Source of the DNA: Candidatus Kapaibacterium sp. | GTDB lineage: Bacteria > Bacteroidota > Ignavibacteria > Kapaibacteriales > UBA2268 | Assembly: GCA_963665665.1 (NCBI GenBank) | Contig: OY762428.1 | Span: forward strand, 544,001 to 608,000 | Direction of reading: 5' to 3' | Length of the DNA stretch: 64,000 bases | Shown: positions 19,723-29,760 of the stretch, piece by piece | Position numbering within the stretch: position 1 is the stretch's first letter | Layout of the letters: each line of letters starts with the position of its first letter | Position numbers and translations under genes: made by a program | The notes under the pieces: generated by a model | What the model saw: only the letters and a program-made list of their open reading frames with translations | Database searches by the model: none | What the model was told of the DNA's origin: nothing

Positions 19723-21525
19723 TTAATCGTCAATACTTAAAACTGCAAGGAATGCTTCCTGAGGAATTTCAACACTCCCTACCTGTTTCATACGTTTCTT
19801 GCCTTCTTTTTGTTTCTCAAGAAGTTTCCTTTTTCTTGAAATATCACCACCGTAACATTTTGCGGTAACGTCTTTCCTGAGCGGCTTCACATTTGTTCTT
19901 GCAATAGCTTTTGAACCAATAGCAGCCTGGATAACAACTTCGTACATTTGCCTCGGTATCAGCTCCTTCAGTTTCGAGCACAGTTTCCTGCCCCAATTGT
20001 AGGCTTTTGTGCGGTGTACAATTGCTGACAAAGCATCCAGCGGATCACCGTTTATTAAAATATCAAGTTTTTGCAGGTCCGATTTTTTATAGTCATCCAT
20101 TTCATAATCAAGAGAAGCGTAACCCCTGGAAATTGATTTCAATTTATCATAAAAATCAAAAACGATCTCTGCCAGGGGAAGTTCCCACTGCAGGTCAACT
20201 CTTTCCTGCGAAAGATAAGTTGTATTTGTTTGTGTTCCCCTGCGTTCCATGCAAAGTTTCATAACCGCGCCGATATATTCAGAAGGAAGAATTATCTGGG
20301 CTTTGATATAAGGTTCGTGCAGTTCGGCAATTTCACCCTGTTTAGGCAGTTGGGCAGGATTTTCAATAAATAATTCCTCTCCGTTGGTTTTCAGCACTTT
20401 GTATCTTACGTTCGGAACGGTTGTTACAATATCCTGATTAAATTCCCTGTCCAGCCTTTCCTGAACTATTTCCATGTGAAGCAGTCCAAGGAAGCCGCAA
20501 CGAAAACCAAAACCAAGAGCACTGGAGGACTCGGGTTCATAAGTTATCGCGGAATCATTCAATACAAGTTTGGCAAGAGACTCGCGCAATGTTTCAAAGT
20601 CCTCGGGATTAGTCGGGTAAATACCGCTGAATACCATTGGCTTAACTTCCTTGAAACCTGCAATTGCCTTCTCGCAGCCACCCTTGAAATGTGTAATGGT
20701 ATCGCCAACCTTGGTGTCATGCAAATCTCTGATCGCTGCTGTAAAATATCCAACATTACCTGCAGAAATCATCCTTGTTCTATGCCGTTGCATATACATT
20801 ATTCCAACTTCTTCGATTTCATAGAGATTGTCGGTAGCCATGAATTTCACTTTATCCTTTTCCTTCAAAGTGCCGTCAAACACTCTTACATTAACCACCA
20901 CCCCTTTATAAGAATCGTAAAGGGAATCATATATCAAAGCTCTTAAAGGTTTATCGGGGTCGCCTTTCGGTGGATCAATCCTTTCAACAATTGCTTCAAG
21001 AATATCTTCCACTCCTGTACCTGCTTTGGCTGAAGCATAAAGAATTTCTTCCTCGTCACAACCAATAAGGTCAATTATCTGTTGCTTTACCGAATCTATG
21101 GTTGTAGATGCACTCGGCAGGTCAATTTTGTTGATAACCGGAATTATTTCCAGGTCATTATCTATTGCAAGATAAAGGTTTGATATTGTCTGTGCCTCAA
21201 CTCCCTGGGTAGCGTCAACCACAAGTATAGCTCCTTCGCAGGCTGCAAGAGACCGCGACACCTCGTAAGTAAAATCCACGTGGCCGGGAGTGTCGATAAG
21301 ATTTAATATGTAAGTTTGTCCGTCCCGGGCTTTGTAATCCATCTGAATGGCATGGAGTTTTATTGTAATACCGCGCTCCTGTTCCAAAGGATTATCATCA
21401 AGTATCTGGTTCATCACCATCTCTCTTTTCGTCACTCTGCCTGTTGCTTCAAGCATCCGGTCGGCAAGAGTTGACTTGCCGTGATCTATGTGAGCTATTA
21501 TCGAGAAATTCCGAAATTGTTTCAT
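19723..21525 (-). CDS. lepA: Elongation factor 4 (LepA)
   Basis: [52 protein letters not shown]. Confidence 0.98.
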   Translation of the reverse strand: MKQFRNFSIIAHIDHGKSTLADRMLEATGRVTKREMVMNQILDDNPLEQERGITIKLHAIQMDYKARDGQTYILNLIDTPGHVDFTYEVSRSLAACEGAILVVDATQGVEAQTISNLYLAIDNDLEIIPVINKIDLPSASTTIDSVKQQIIDLIGCDEEEILYASAKAGTGVEDILEAIVERIDPPKGDPDKPLRALIYDSLYDSYKGVVVNVRVFDGTLKEKDKVKFMATDNLYEIEEVGIMYMQRHRTRMISAGNVGYFTAAIRDLHDTKVGDTITHFKGGCEKAIAGFKEVKPMVFSGIYPTNPEDFETLRESLAKLVLNDSAITYEPESSSALGFGFRCGFLGLLHMEIVQERLDREFNQDIVTTVPNVRYKVLKTNGEELFIENPAQLPKQGEIAELHEPYIKAQIILPSEYIGAVMKLCMERRGTQTNTTYLSQERVDLQWELPLAEIVFDFYDKLKSISRGYASLDYEMDDYKKSDLQKLDILINGDPLDALSAIVHRTKAYNWGRKLCSKLKELIPRQMYEVVIQAAIGSKAIARTNVKPLRKDVTAKCYGGDISRKRKLLEKQKEGKKRMKQVGSVEIPQEAFLAVLSIDD

Positions 21526-21717
21526 ATACCCAACTGAAAGTTCGTACTATTTCCAAACTTCAAAATTAAGCATGATATTTGAATAAACAATATTAAATTT
21601 ATCAGATTTTTTATGCTATTCATACTTTTTTATCCGCCTGTGCAACAATAGTTGCTTTAATGTGTTTATTTAATAATAGGGATACTTGGGAAATTATGTG
21701 AAGAAGAGATAATTATA

Positions 21718-22329
21718 TTGTTCAGAAACTTTGAAAAATATAGAGACGACGTTTTGGTTGATATTATGAAAGGCAGGGATAAGCAGAAAGCTTCCCTTGC
21801 ATTCAATGAATTATATAGAAGATATTCTCCTACTGTTAATGCCTATTGCACCAAAGTCATGCACAACAAACAATTGGCCGAAGATCTTTTTCAGGAATGC
21901 TTCACAAGGTTTTATAAATATATTCATGCCAATAATCCGAAAACAAATCTTTCGGCATACCTTATTACTATCGCCAGAAACCTTGCTCTTAACCACAAAA
22001 GAGACAGCAAACCAACTGTATCGATAGAGGAAATTGATTTCGACTATTTTCAGAATCCGAATTACGAGAAAAAGGAATTACTGGATTTGATTGATATGGC
22101 ATTGGAATTGCTTGATCACGAATACCGTGAGGCTTTTGTTCTCAGGGAATATAATAATTTATCCTACAGGGAAATTGCCGGTATCATGAATATTTCCGAG
22201 GTCAACGCCCGTTCAAGGGCTTTCAGGGCCAAGCAAAAGATAAAACAGATATTGGCCCCCTATCTGGAAGAATATAATGAAAAAAAAAATAAAGAAGAGT
22301 TATTAGAGAAAAAACATGGACATAAATAG
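21718..22329 (+). CDS. ECF RNA polymerase sigma factor
   Basis: AFNELY.RY, AEDLFQE.F, IARN, LSY.EIA.IM..S...RSR.FRAK. Confidence 0.92.
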   Translation: MFRNFEKYRDDVLVDIMKGRDKQKASLAFNELYRRYSPTVNAYCTKVMHNKQLAEDLFQECFTRFYKYIHANNPKTNLSAYLITIARNLALNHKRDSKPTVSIEEIDFDYFQNPNYEKKELLDLIDMALELLDHEYREAFVLREYNNLSYREIAGIMNISEVNARSRAFRAKQKIKQILAPYLEEYNEKKNKEELLEKKHGHK

Positions 22330-23467
22330 ACTAATTCACGACTTTGCTGACGGTACGCTACCTCCGGAGTATGAAGAAAAATTATTTATTACTCTTAGTT
22401 CCTCACCCGAATTAAGAAATGAGCTAAAGAGTTCCATGGCTCTGACCAATGCTGTTAAATCAGACACGAAGGCATTCACGCCATCTGCCTCTTCGAAATC
22501 AGCTATTTTTTCAAATGTCGGCCTTGATGTTCCACAAGCTGTTACTCCAATTTCATACGCAATGAATAAATTTATTTACGGAACTGCCGGTGTTGGTATC
22601 GGAGCGATAACTGTATTTTTACTAATGTATTCCAGTGTGTTCGATAGCACGGAAAATTTCGATCAGGCAATGATGAGCACAGGACTTGCCAGCCGGGATT
22701 ATCCTGACAAACCGGAATTGGTTATGGAATGTTCTGCGCCGCTTATCACTGATACAGTTACCAAATACGTTTATTTATATCCTGAAGCATTTCAACATGC
22801 AGATTATGCATCTTCAGAAATTATTGATCAAACAAAGCCGCTTGTTTCGCCTTATTATAACCTGACGATCCCTTCCCGTTTCGAAAGTTATACTCCAAAT
22901 CCGCAAATAAGTTATATTAGCGATAATAGCGGATTCAATAGTTCATTCATATATGATGTAATTCAACCGGAAAAACCAATAGGAATAACTCTTGAATTTG
23001 CATCCAATCAGGCCTGGGATTTCCCGGCAGCTACAATTACCCCGGAATCTTTCCAGCCATTTAATAAATTAAGCATGACTGTATTCGGATGGGAGCCTAT
23101 TAAAGGACTGAACTTCGGAGTTGATTTCAGAAGAGAGAACTTCTACCAGGAATTCGACGGTATACGCCAGGACAGCCTGGAATTTGCTTACGCCCAGCAA
23201 CCTAACTTCACATCCTACGGTGTTGTTGCAAGGTATTTCCCTGAATTTCTGAAGACTGAAAAAATTAAACCTTTTGTCCAGATTGGCGCTGCAATGAATA
23301 AGGCCGGGGCAATAGCAAGGGGTATGGGTGGTATATGGTACAAAATTGACGACCATATATCATTTTCTCTCGGGCTTGAAGGCAATATTCTGTATTTCAG
23401 GCATCAGGATAAAAATTTCCACTCAAAGAAAATGAATCTGAACTATGGTATATCTTATGAATTTTAA
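22316..23467 (+). CDS. Putative anti-sigma factor with TM helix and C-terminal outer-membrane beta-barrel
   Basis: Overlaps the ECF sigma gene; N-terminal anti-sigma-like helix (DFADGTL..E.E..L), hydrophobic segment ~aa 87-105, beta-strand-rich C-terminus ending YGISYEF. Confidence 0.7.
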   Translation: MDINRLIHDFADGTLPPEYEEKLFITLSSSPELRNELKSSMALTNAVKSDTKAFTPSASSKSAIFSNVGLDVPQAVTPISYAMNKFIYGTAGVGIGAITVFLLMYSSVFDSTENFDQAMMSTGLASRDYPDKPELVMECSAPLITDTVTKYVYLYPEAFQHADYASSEIIDQTKPLVSPYYNLTIPSRFESYTPNPQISYISDNSGFNSSFIYDVIQPEKPIGITLEFASNQAWDFPAATITPESFQPFNKLSMTVFGWEPIKGLNFGVDFRRENFYQEFDGIRQDSLEFAYAQQPNFTSYGVVARYFPEFLKTEKIKPFVQIGAAMNKAGAIARGMGGIWYKIDDHISFSLGLEGNILYFRHQDKNFHSKKMNLNYGISYEF

Positions 23468-24155
23468 AACAACAATAATATTGATTTTTTCCATTCTGAT
23501 GCTTTTGATCTTATCGTCATCATGTGAGGATTCGCTCGGGCTTGAAGACAATTACAGGGAATGGCAAATTAACGTGGAACCCGAAGTGATAGATACCACC
23601 ATGCCAATGGAAATAATATCATTCGAGAGCAGCTTCACGGAATATTACCCGTCGAATATTGACGATACATCATTTATAGAATATCCCTGGGGTATCAATA
23701 TCAGCAGCAGGTCATTTATCTGGGTATCTGCCGATTCGCTGCATGGTGAATATTATGTATCGTTATTCATGAACGTTACCGATAATACATCCAACGATTA
23801 TCATAGAGACCGTATTGACAGGATTACCAATCTTTCAATATCTGTTGATTCAATTCATGCAATAAAAACAGACAAACCTGATACTTTGAAATATAAATCA
23901 ATGTGGTCCGGGATTTATGACGGCAGATACAGCAGTGTTACTGTTGAAAGCATTCAGGAACCTAAAACTATCCAGTATTATTCTTATATGACAAAAAGAA
24001 CTTCCGTAAAAGCTTATCGTATTAAGCGCGATATTGAAATTGACGGGAAAATTGAGAACAGGGAAGTAATTGAATTTAAAATATTCGTCTATTTCTACAG
24101 TACTGATCCTGTAACAACCAAGATGCTTATCGGCACAATAACTGTTCTTGTTTGA
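23457..24155 (+). CDS. Putative lipoprotein
   Basis: Hydrophobic signal ending LSSSC; overlaps upstream stop. Confidence 0.7.
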   Translation: MNFKTTIILIFSILMLLILSSSCEDSLGLEDNYREWQINVEPEVIDTTMPMEIISFESSFTEYYPSNIDDTSFIEYPWGINISSRSFIWVSADSLHGEYYVSLFMNVTDNTSNDYHRDRIDRITNLSISVDSIHAIKTDKPDTLKYKSMWSGIYDGRYSSVTVESIQEPKTIQYYSYMTKRTSVKAYRIKRDIEIDGKIENREVIEFKIFVYFYSTDPVTTKMLIGTITVLV

Positions 24156-24197
24156 TATCAAAATAATAATTTATGCAGAGTAAAAAAACTCTGCAGA

Positions 24198-27100
24198 TCA
24201 ATCCTGCTTATCCAGAACTCTTTTTATTTCGTTCAGAAACTGAGGCAGAACAAGCGGCTTGTCGATCCTGCCAACAAAACCATATTTCTCATAATTTGCA
24301 ACAATTGGTTTGTTTGAATGCCCGCTGAATACAAGTGCCTTTATTTCCGGATTAATTTTCTTCAAATCACATAGTACGTCCGAACCATCCACAGAATATC
24401 CCCTTAATGTCAGATCCAGAATTACTAGGTTGAAATCATCCGGATTTTCGGAATATATCTTTCTTACTTTTTCGGGTGTATTTGCACATACAAGGTCAAT
24501 ATCAAATTCATCAGACAGCTCTTTCATATTTTCCAGAATTTCCTCGTTATCGTCAAGGATAAGAATTTTCGTTGATATATGATCGCCATTATTGCCGGAA
24601 CTTACAGCAGATTTTCCGCTAATTGATTTATTGTATGGCAGAAGGATAGTGAAAGTTGTACCTATTCCAACTTTGGAGTCAACTTTAATCGTTCCTTTAT
24701 GCTTTTCAATTATCGACAAAGCAGAAGCAAGCCCAAGGCCATGCCCGTTCTCTTTTGTTGTAAAGAAGGGATTGAATATTTTGTCAATAATTGATTTTGG
24801 TATACCCATTCCTTCATCAATTATATCAATACTAATATATTGGTCATTACTTTTATCTTTAGCAAATAAATTATCAGAAACCATCTGTTTCGTTGTAATT
24901 GTAATTTTTCCGCCTTTGCTCATAGAATGCTTGGCATTAAGAATAAGATTTGTAATTACCTCGTGTATCTGTTTGTCATCAATTAAAATATCCGACAAAT
25001 CCGGGTCCAGGTCATATTCGATAACAATACTCGAGCCTGTAATGGCCATTTCAGAAGAATCTCTGATAATTTTATTTATATCCGATGACCTCATTATGGG
25101 GGCATCACTTTTGGTAAAAGTCTGGAATTTTGTTGCCAGCGCTGTAGCCTGCTCTATTGTTTTTGATATTTTATCAAGATGGTGGGCAACTCTGTGGGGT
25201 TTCATTTTTGCAAGTTCAACACTCAGGGACATAGCAGTCATCAGATTTTTGAAATTATGGGCAATTCCCCCTGCTACAATACCAAGGGATTCGATCTTTG
25301 CTAATTTTTCAAGTTCGGCTTCTGTTTGTTTCTTTTCTGTAACATCATAATAATTAACAACTATTCCCTGAAGTTCAGGCATGTGCAAAAGATTTTTACC
25401 CGTACCTTCCAGGTATCTGTATTCACCGCTTTTGTTCAAATATCTGAACAAAAGATTTTCGATACCGCCAGGCCTGTTCAGTAGACCATTGAACTGAGCC
25501 AGCAATCCCTTCTGGTCGTCAGGATGAACGTAATCAAAAGCATTTTTTCCCATTAATTCCCCTGTATCATATCCAAGAACAGATTGATGCGAAGGGCTCT
25601 CATAAATAATATTTCCTTCGGCATCAAGCATGGATATCACATCGGTGGAATTTTCAATCAGAGTCCTGTAATAAATCTCGCTCTCTTCAATTCTTTTATA
25701 AGCTTCGCTGAGTTTTGAATTTCTTTCTTCAAGCTGTTTCCTGTATTCAATTATATCCGTTACATCATCAAATATTGCAACGATTTCGCCTGTGGGCAAT
25801 TTATATATATAATTTTCGCGCCAGCCTTCTCTTATGGCATCCTTATAGAAAAATGGTTCAAGTTTTTTATCCCTGCCGCTTTCGTAAACTTCCTGCAAAG
25901 CTTTGAAAAGCGGAGCTTCACCCATATTCGGGAACAATTCAAGTAAAGTTTTACCAATTACATCTTCATACCTGGAATTGGTTATTTCCTCTGCTTTTTT
26001 ATTGAAACCGGTAAATTTAAAATCTTTGGTGTTATTGACGGGTTTATATACAGCCACACCGCTTTTCATATTTTCAATTATCTTTTTGTAGCGGTGGCGG
26101 CTTCTCGCCAGCCTATCCCTGTTCCGAACAAAGGTTAACGACATAGCAGCCAAATCGCCAAAAGCTCCTGCTATTTCTGCATCCCTTTCAGTAAAATCTC
26201 CGTCCTTGTTTGCCATGCCGAGCAAGCCTACTGATTTATCATCAATAACGAGCGGGGCAAACATTACATTTCTAAGATATACATGCCCCTCCGGCATATA
26301 TTTTTCCCACTTGCTGTTAGCAAAGTCATTTTCATAAGCAACGGAATTTGTTCTGTATGCAGTTTCCCTTAAGCCGCGTATGGGCATGGGAAGTTCCGGG
26401 TTGACAGTACATGGCAGGCCTCCGGCTTCGAGGAAAAGTACTTCGTTTTCAGCGCCGTCATCCGAAAGCATTGCCACATAGCCTGATTTCGCACCTATCA
26501 GCTCACAGCAAATATCGAAGAGTGTTTTTGCAGCTTCTTCAAAGCTCTTTGCAACTGGAATTGCCTTTGAGGCCTTCAGCAGCAGGCTTATTTCTTTTTG
26601 TTTTTCTTTGGCTTTCTTCAGGGCAGCTGTCACTTTCTTTTCGGACAACTTACGGTCAGTTATGTCCTTTGAAATTATCTGCGCCCCTATCACTTTGTTA
26701 TTAAATCCCCTGACGGAACAAATACTTGAAAGATAATAATAATCTTTTCCGTCAACAGTTATTTTGTCTTCATAATCCTTTATCCCATCGTTTTCAACAG
26801 CAATTCGGATTCTTTTTTCATATTTCTTTCCTTCTTCCTCACCGAATACTTCACGAAGAGTTTTGCCGGTAAAATCACCGGGGCTGCCGTTAAGATTGGC
26901 AGCTGCAATTTTGTTAAATGCAATGATCTTTGCATCCTTAGTATAATAGCCTATACCAAGGCCGGCGTTTTCGAAAAGTAATCTGTGCTTTTCCTCGCTT
27001 CTTTTTAACTCTTCTTTGTCCTTAATGCTGTCATCAATGTTTATTGAAATCCCGGTCCATATTGTTCTGCCGTCGGGCATTCTTTCCGGAATAGAGCGGG

Positions 27101-28247
27101 TAAGCATCCAGATATAATTTCCGTTTTTTGTTTTCTTCTGGTGCTCGCAGACAAATGGAGTTAAATTCTTTTCTGATTCAAGCATACCTTCTTTTACTAT
27201 CCCGGAATGTCCGGGGCTGTTTACTTTGCTAATCAGTGACGAATCCTGATAAACATCCTCGGGGCCGAAACCGAAATAATCCTTTACAGAATCGCTGATA
27301 TAGGTATATCTGCTATTCCCGTCTTTATCTTTTTCAATCTGAAATACAATTCCCGGCACATTGTCGCTCAATATCTTGAACTTATTATTTGCCAGCATTT
27401 GCTTTTGTTCTGCTTTCAGTCTGCTTGTAATATCCCTGACAGTACCAATTATTCTTATTCCGGCCGGAGTTTCATACAATGAAATATTTATCTCTACCGG
27501 AACTTTACTCCCGTCCTGCCTGATATGCTCGGATATTAAAATCGTTTTCCTGATTGACTTCAGATTCTCGATAAAGTCTGCCATTTGCTTCGGGGTTCGG
27601 TGAATACTGTCAATATCAAAAACATTCATCCCTATAAGCTGTTCTTCACTGAACCCTGTCATCTCGCAGGCTTTTTTATTTACCCTTGTTATCCTGGCAT
27701 TTTCGTCACATTCATAAATTGCATCGGGTGAATTTTCGGCAATGGCCCTGAAGTTTTCCTCGCTTTGCATCAAAGCTTCTTCGTATAGCATCCTGGCACT
27801 AATATCTCTGTTTATGCTTTGCCTTCCAAGGTATTGTCTGTCGGAATCAAACACGGGCTTGCAGGTATGCCCAATCCATTTTACTTCATTGTTCTTTGTC
27901 AGTATCCTGAAAACAAATTCCGGATTTTCATATTCTCCCCGGAAAGAATGTTCCCTGTGATTGCTCCATTTTTCTTTGTCTTCAGCGATTACTATATCAT
28001 GGATTAATTCCGGATTTTTATAGAAATCAATATCAGAATAACCAGTGATCATCATGCATGATTTTGAAACAAATTCCAGGGTTTTATCCGGACGCAGCCA
28101 ATAGGACCAGTCATAACTATTATTGGCAATTGATTTGAATTTATTATTGTCTTTGGACAGAAGTGTATTCTTTTTTTCCAACTCTTCGCATTTCTTCTTA
28201 TAAAATGCTACTTGATCATGATAATCAGAATCAGCCGACATTTTCAC
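24198..28247 (-). CDS. Multi-PAS/GAF hybrid histidine kinase with C-terminal receiver
   Basis: About six PAS/PAC repeats, a GAF domain, AGGIAHNFKN H-box, NLILNA, DEGMGI, FFTTK..GHGLGL, receiver LILDD..VILDL. Confidence 0.92.
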   Translation of the reverse strand: MKMSADSDYHDQVAFYKKKCEELEKKNTLLSKDNNKFKSIANNSYDWSYWLRPDKTLEFVSKSCMMITGYSDIDFYKNPELIHDIVIAEDKEKWSNHREHSFRGEYENPEFVFRILTKNNEVKWIGHTCKPVFDSDRQYLGRQSINRDISARMLYEEALMQSEENFRAIAENSPDAIYECDENARITRVNKKACEMTGFSEEQLIGMNVFDIDSIHRTPKQMADFIENLKSIRKTILISEHIRQDGSKVPVEINISLYETPAGIRIIGTVRDITSRLKAEQKQMLANNKFKILSDNVPGIVFQIEKDKDGNSRYTYISDSVKDYFGFGPEDVYQDSSLISKVNSPGHSGIVKEGMLESEKNLTPFVCEHQKKTKNGNYIWMLTRSIPERMPDGRTIWTGISINIDDSIKDKEELKRSEEKHRLLFENAGLGIGYYTKDAKIIAFNKIAAANLNGSPGDFTGKTLREVFGEEEGKKYEKRIRIAVENDGIKDYEDKITVDGKDYYYLSSICSVRGFNNKVIGAQIISKDITDRKLSEKKVTAALKKAKEKQKEISLLLKASKAIPVAKSFEEAAKTLFDICCELIGAKSGYVAMLSDDGAENEVLFLEAGGLPCTVNPELPMPIRGLRETAYRTNSVAYENDFANSKWEKYMPEGHVYLRNVMFAPLVIDDKSVGLLGMANKDGDFTERDAEIAGAFGDLAAMSLTFVRNRDRLARSRHRYKKIIENMKSGVAVYKPVNNTKDFKFTGFNKKAEEITNSRYEDVIGKTLLELFPNMGEAPLFKALQEVYESGRDKKLEPFFYKDAIREGWRENYIYKLPTGEIVAIFDDVTDIIEYRKQLEERNSKLSEAYKRIEESEIYYRTLIENSTDVISMLDAEGNIIYESPSHQSVLGYDTGELMGKNAFDYVHPDDQKGLLAQFNGLLNRPGGIENLLFRYLNKSGEYRYLEGTGKNLLHMPELQGIVVNYYDVTEKKQTEAELEKLAKIESLGIVAGGIAHNFKNLMTAMSLSVELAKMKPHRVAHHLDKISKTIEQATALATKFQTFTKSDAPIMRSSDINKIIRDSSEMAITGSSIVIEYDLDPDLSDILIDDKQIHEVITNLILNAKHSMSKGGKITITTKQMVSDNLFAKDKSNDQYISIDIIDEGMGIPKSIIDKIFNPFFTTKENGHGLGLASALSIIEKHKGTIKVDSKVGIGTTFTILLPYNKSISGKSAVSSGNNGDHISTKILILDDNEEILENMKELSDEFDIDLVCANTPEKVRKIYSENPDDFNLVILDLTLRGYSVDGSDVLCDLKKINPEIKALVFSGHSNKPIVANYEKYGFVGRIDKPLVLPQFLNEIKRVLDKQD

Positions 28248-28970
28248 CCCGATAGTTACAACCCGATAAATAGTAGTTTAAAAGAATTTAATTTTCTTTT
28301 GAGTAATATAGTAAAAATATCAATAAATTAAAAAGGGTTCGAAAAATAAATAACAACCCCCGATAGAAATGTTCTCCCGGATAATCCGGGGCAGCAAAAA
28401 GTGAAAAAACTGCCTGTCCGCAACGTTTTCTTCTTCAATCCTGCAAACCTTCGGAAGGTTTGTATTCAAATTCAATATCCACGTGCTCTATCTCGTGGAT
28501 AAGGGAGGCAAAGCCCCGAAGCAAAGAAAGAAAACCACCCCTGTATTCCCCTCCTCCCCGAGGAGGGGATAAGAAGTTAAATATCATAGAATTAACTCCC
28601 CCTCCTTTCGAAGGAGGGGGCCGGAGTGAGGTAGGAAGAGGCGGAAGCAAAGCACCAAAGTTTTAACCTATTGCCGCCTTATTCTTCTTCAAAGCCCGCC
28701 CCTTCGGGGAGGGTTTGGGAGGGGTCGATGCCATTGCAGTAATGTTTTGCTTTATTGACGCCTTGGTTGAAGTCATTGATGCCTTGTTCGGAGTCATTGC
28801 CGCCTTGTTTGAAGATAATGAACTCTTGTTTGAAGCTATTGCACCGATGTTTGAAGCTATTGCACCGATGTTTGAAGATAATGAACTCTTGGTCGACACT
28901 ATTGCAGCAATGTTTTGCTTTATTGCTGCCTTGTTTGAAGGCATTGAACTCTTGGTCGGAGGCAAAGAAC

Positions 28971-29204
28971 ATGTTCAATAAGGCCAAACAAGCGTGGGAT
29001 AATGTCAAACAAGCGTGGGATGAAGTCAAACAAGCGTGGGATGAAGTCAAACAAGCGTGGGATGAAACCAAACAAGCGTGGGATGAAACCAAACAAGCGT
29101 GGGATGAAGTCAAACAAGCGTGGGATGAAGTCAAACAAGCGTGGGATGAAGTCAAACAAGCGTGGGATGAAGCCAAATTTCACTACAATAAGGCCAAACA
29201 GTAG
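28971..29204 (+). other. Putative 77-aa heptad-repeat ORF MFNKAKQAW(DEVKQAW)nDEAKFHYNKAKQ
   Basis: Homologous position and frame to 2290-2607; expression unproven. Confidence 0.35.
28977..29165 (+). repeat. Tandem array, 9 x 21 nt (GATGAAGTCAAACAAGCGTGG)
   Basis: Direct reading; plus frame reads DE(V/T)KQAW heptads. Confidence 0.95.
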
Positions 29205-29403
29205 TTCAATACCTCCGGCCAAGGCAGTTTAAAGCCCTGCTAACAAAGCAATTAGCCCAAACATCAGTATTCTGATTCAAAACAGCATTGAATTAAGGAA
29301 ATTATCCGGTTCATTGAAACCACCGGATGGGGAATTAAGGCCGGCGGCCTGTTCATTTGGGTGGAAGAACGGATAAACTGAGCAAAAGAATGAGGTGTTA
29401 TGT

Positions 29404-29680
29404 TGTCATTCTGACGGAGCGAAGCGACGGAAGAATCCATGCAAAATAGCAGAAAATTTATGAAGAATGGATCCTTCGCTTCGCTCAGGATGACATCCCG
29501 GCTCTGCCCTCGTCATATTCAATAGCCACGTGCTTTAGCTCGTGGATAAGGGAGGCTAAAAAAAGAAACCACCCCAGCCTGTCCCGACGTGTCGGGAACT
29601 CGCTGCGCTCGCCACCCCTCAACGAGGGGAATTTTCCGGAAATCCACCCCCGCCCTTTCCCGACTCGTCGGCACCAGCGG
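29404..29680. repeat. Cluster of REP-like hairpins
   Basis: GTCATTCTGACGGAGCGAAGCGACGGAAGAATCC...GGATCCTTCGCTTCGCTCAGGATGAC, CCACGTGCTTTAGCTCGTGG, CCCCTCAACGAGGGG; same modules as 1782-2090 in a different order. Confidence 0.8.
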
Positions 29681-29715
29681 AAGTTGGAATTTGATCAATA
29701 AGGCAGGTAGAAAAC

Positions 29716-29744
29716 GAAAATCCCCCGAATCAATCGAGGGATTT
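29716..29744 (-). terminator. Probable intrinsic terminator after nuoC
   Basis: Minus strand AAATCCCTCGATTGATTCGGGGGATTTTCGTTTT hairpin with T-rich tail. Confidence 0.6.
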
Positions 29745-29760
29745 AGTTTGTAAAATTTCT

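Larger units (their letters stand above)
28528..29410. repeat. Fold-back 21-nt tandem-array element, copy 2 (inverted relative to copy 1)
   Basis: Hairpin doublet 28528-28638; 11 mixed 21-mers 28736-28966; central GAACATGTTC 28967-28976; 9 x 21-mer 28977-29165; conserved flank to 29410. Confidence 0.9.

Noticed and set aside
16957-21525. Tandem signal peptidase I genes
   Set aside because: lepA-lepB(-lepB)-hemW is an ordinary arrangement and both copies keep their catalytic residues.
24310-28007. Long antisense ORFs (e.g. 24592-25350; also 35634-36236 and those within the NRPS)
   Set aside because: Shadow frames opposite well-supported genes, with no motifs.
2084-29410. Diversity-generating retroelement TR/VR pair
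   Set aside because: Differences are not adenine-specific, involve whole-unit replacement, and no reverse transcriptase is in the window.
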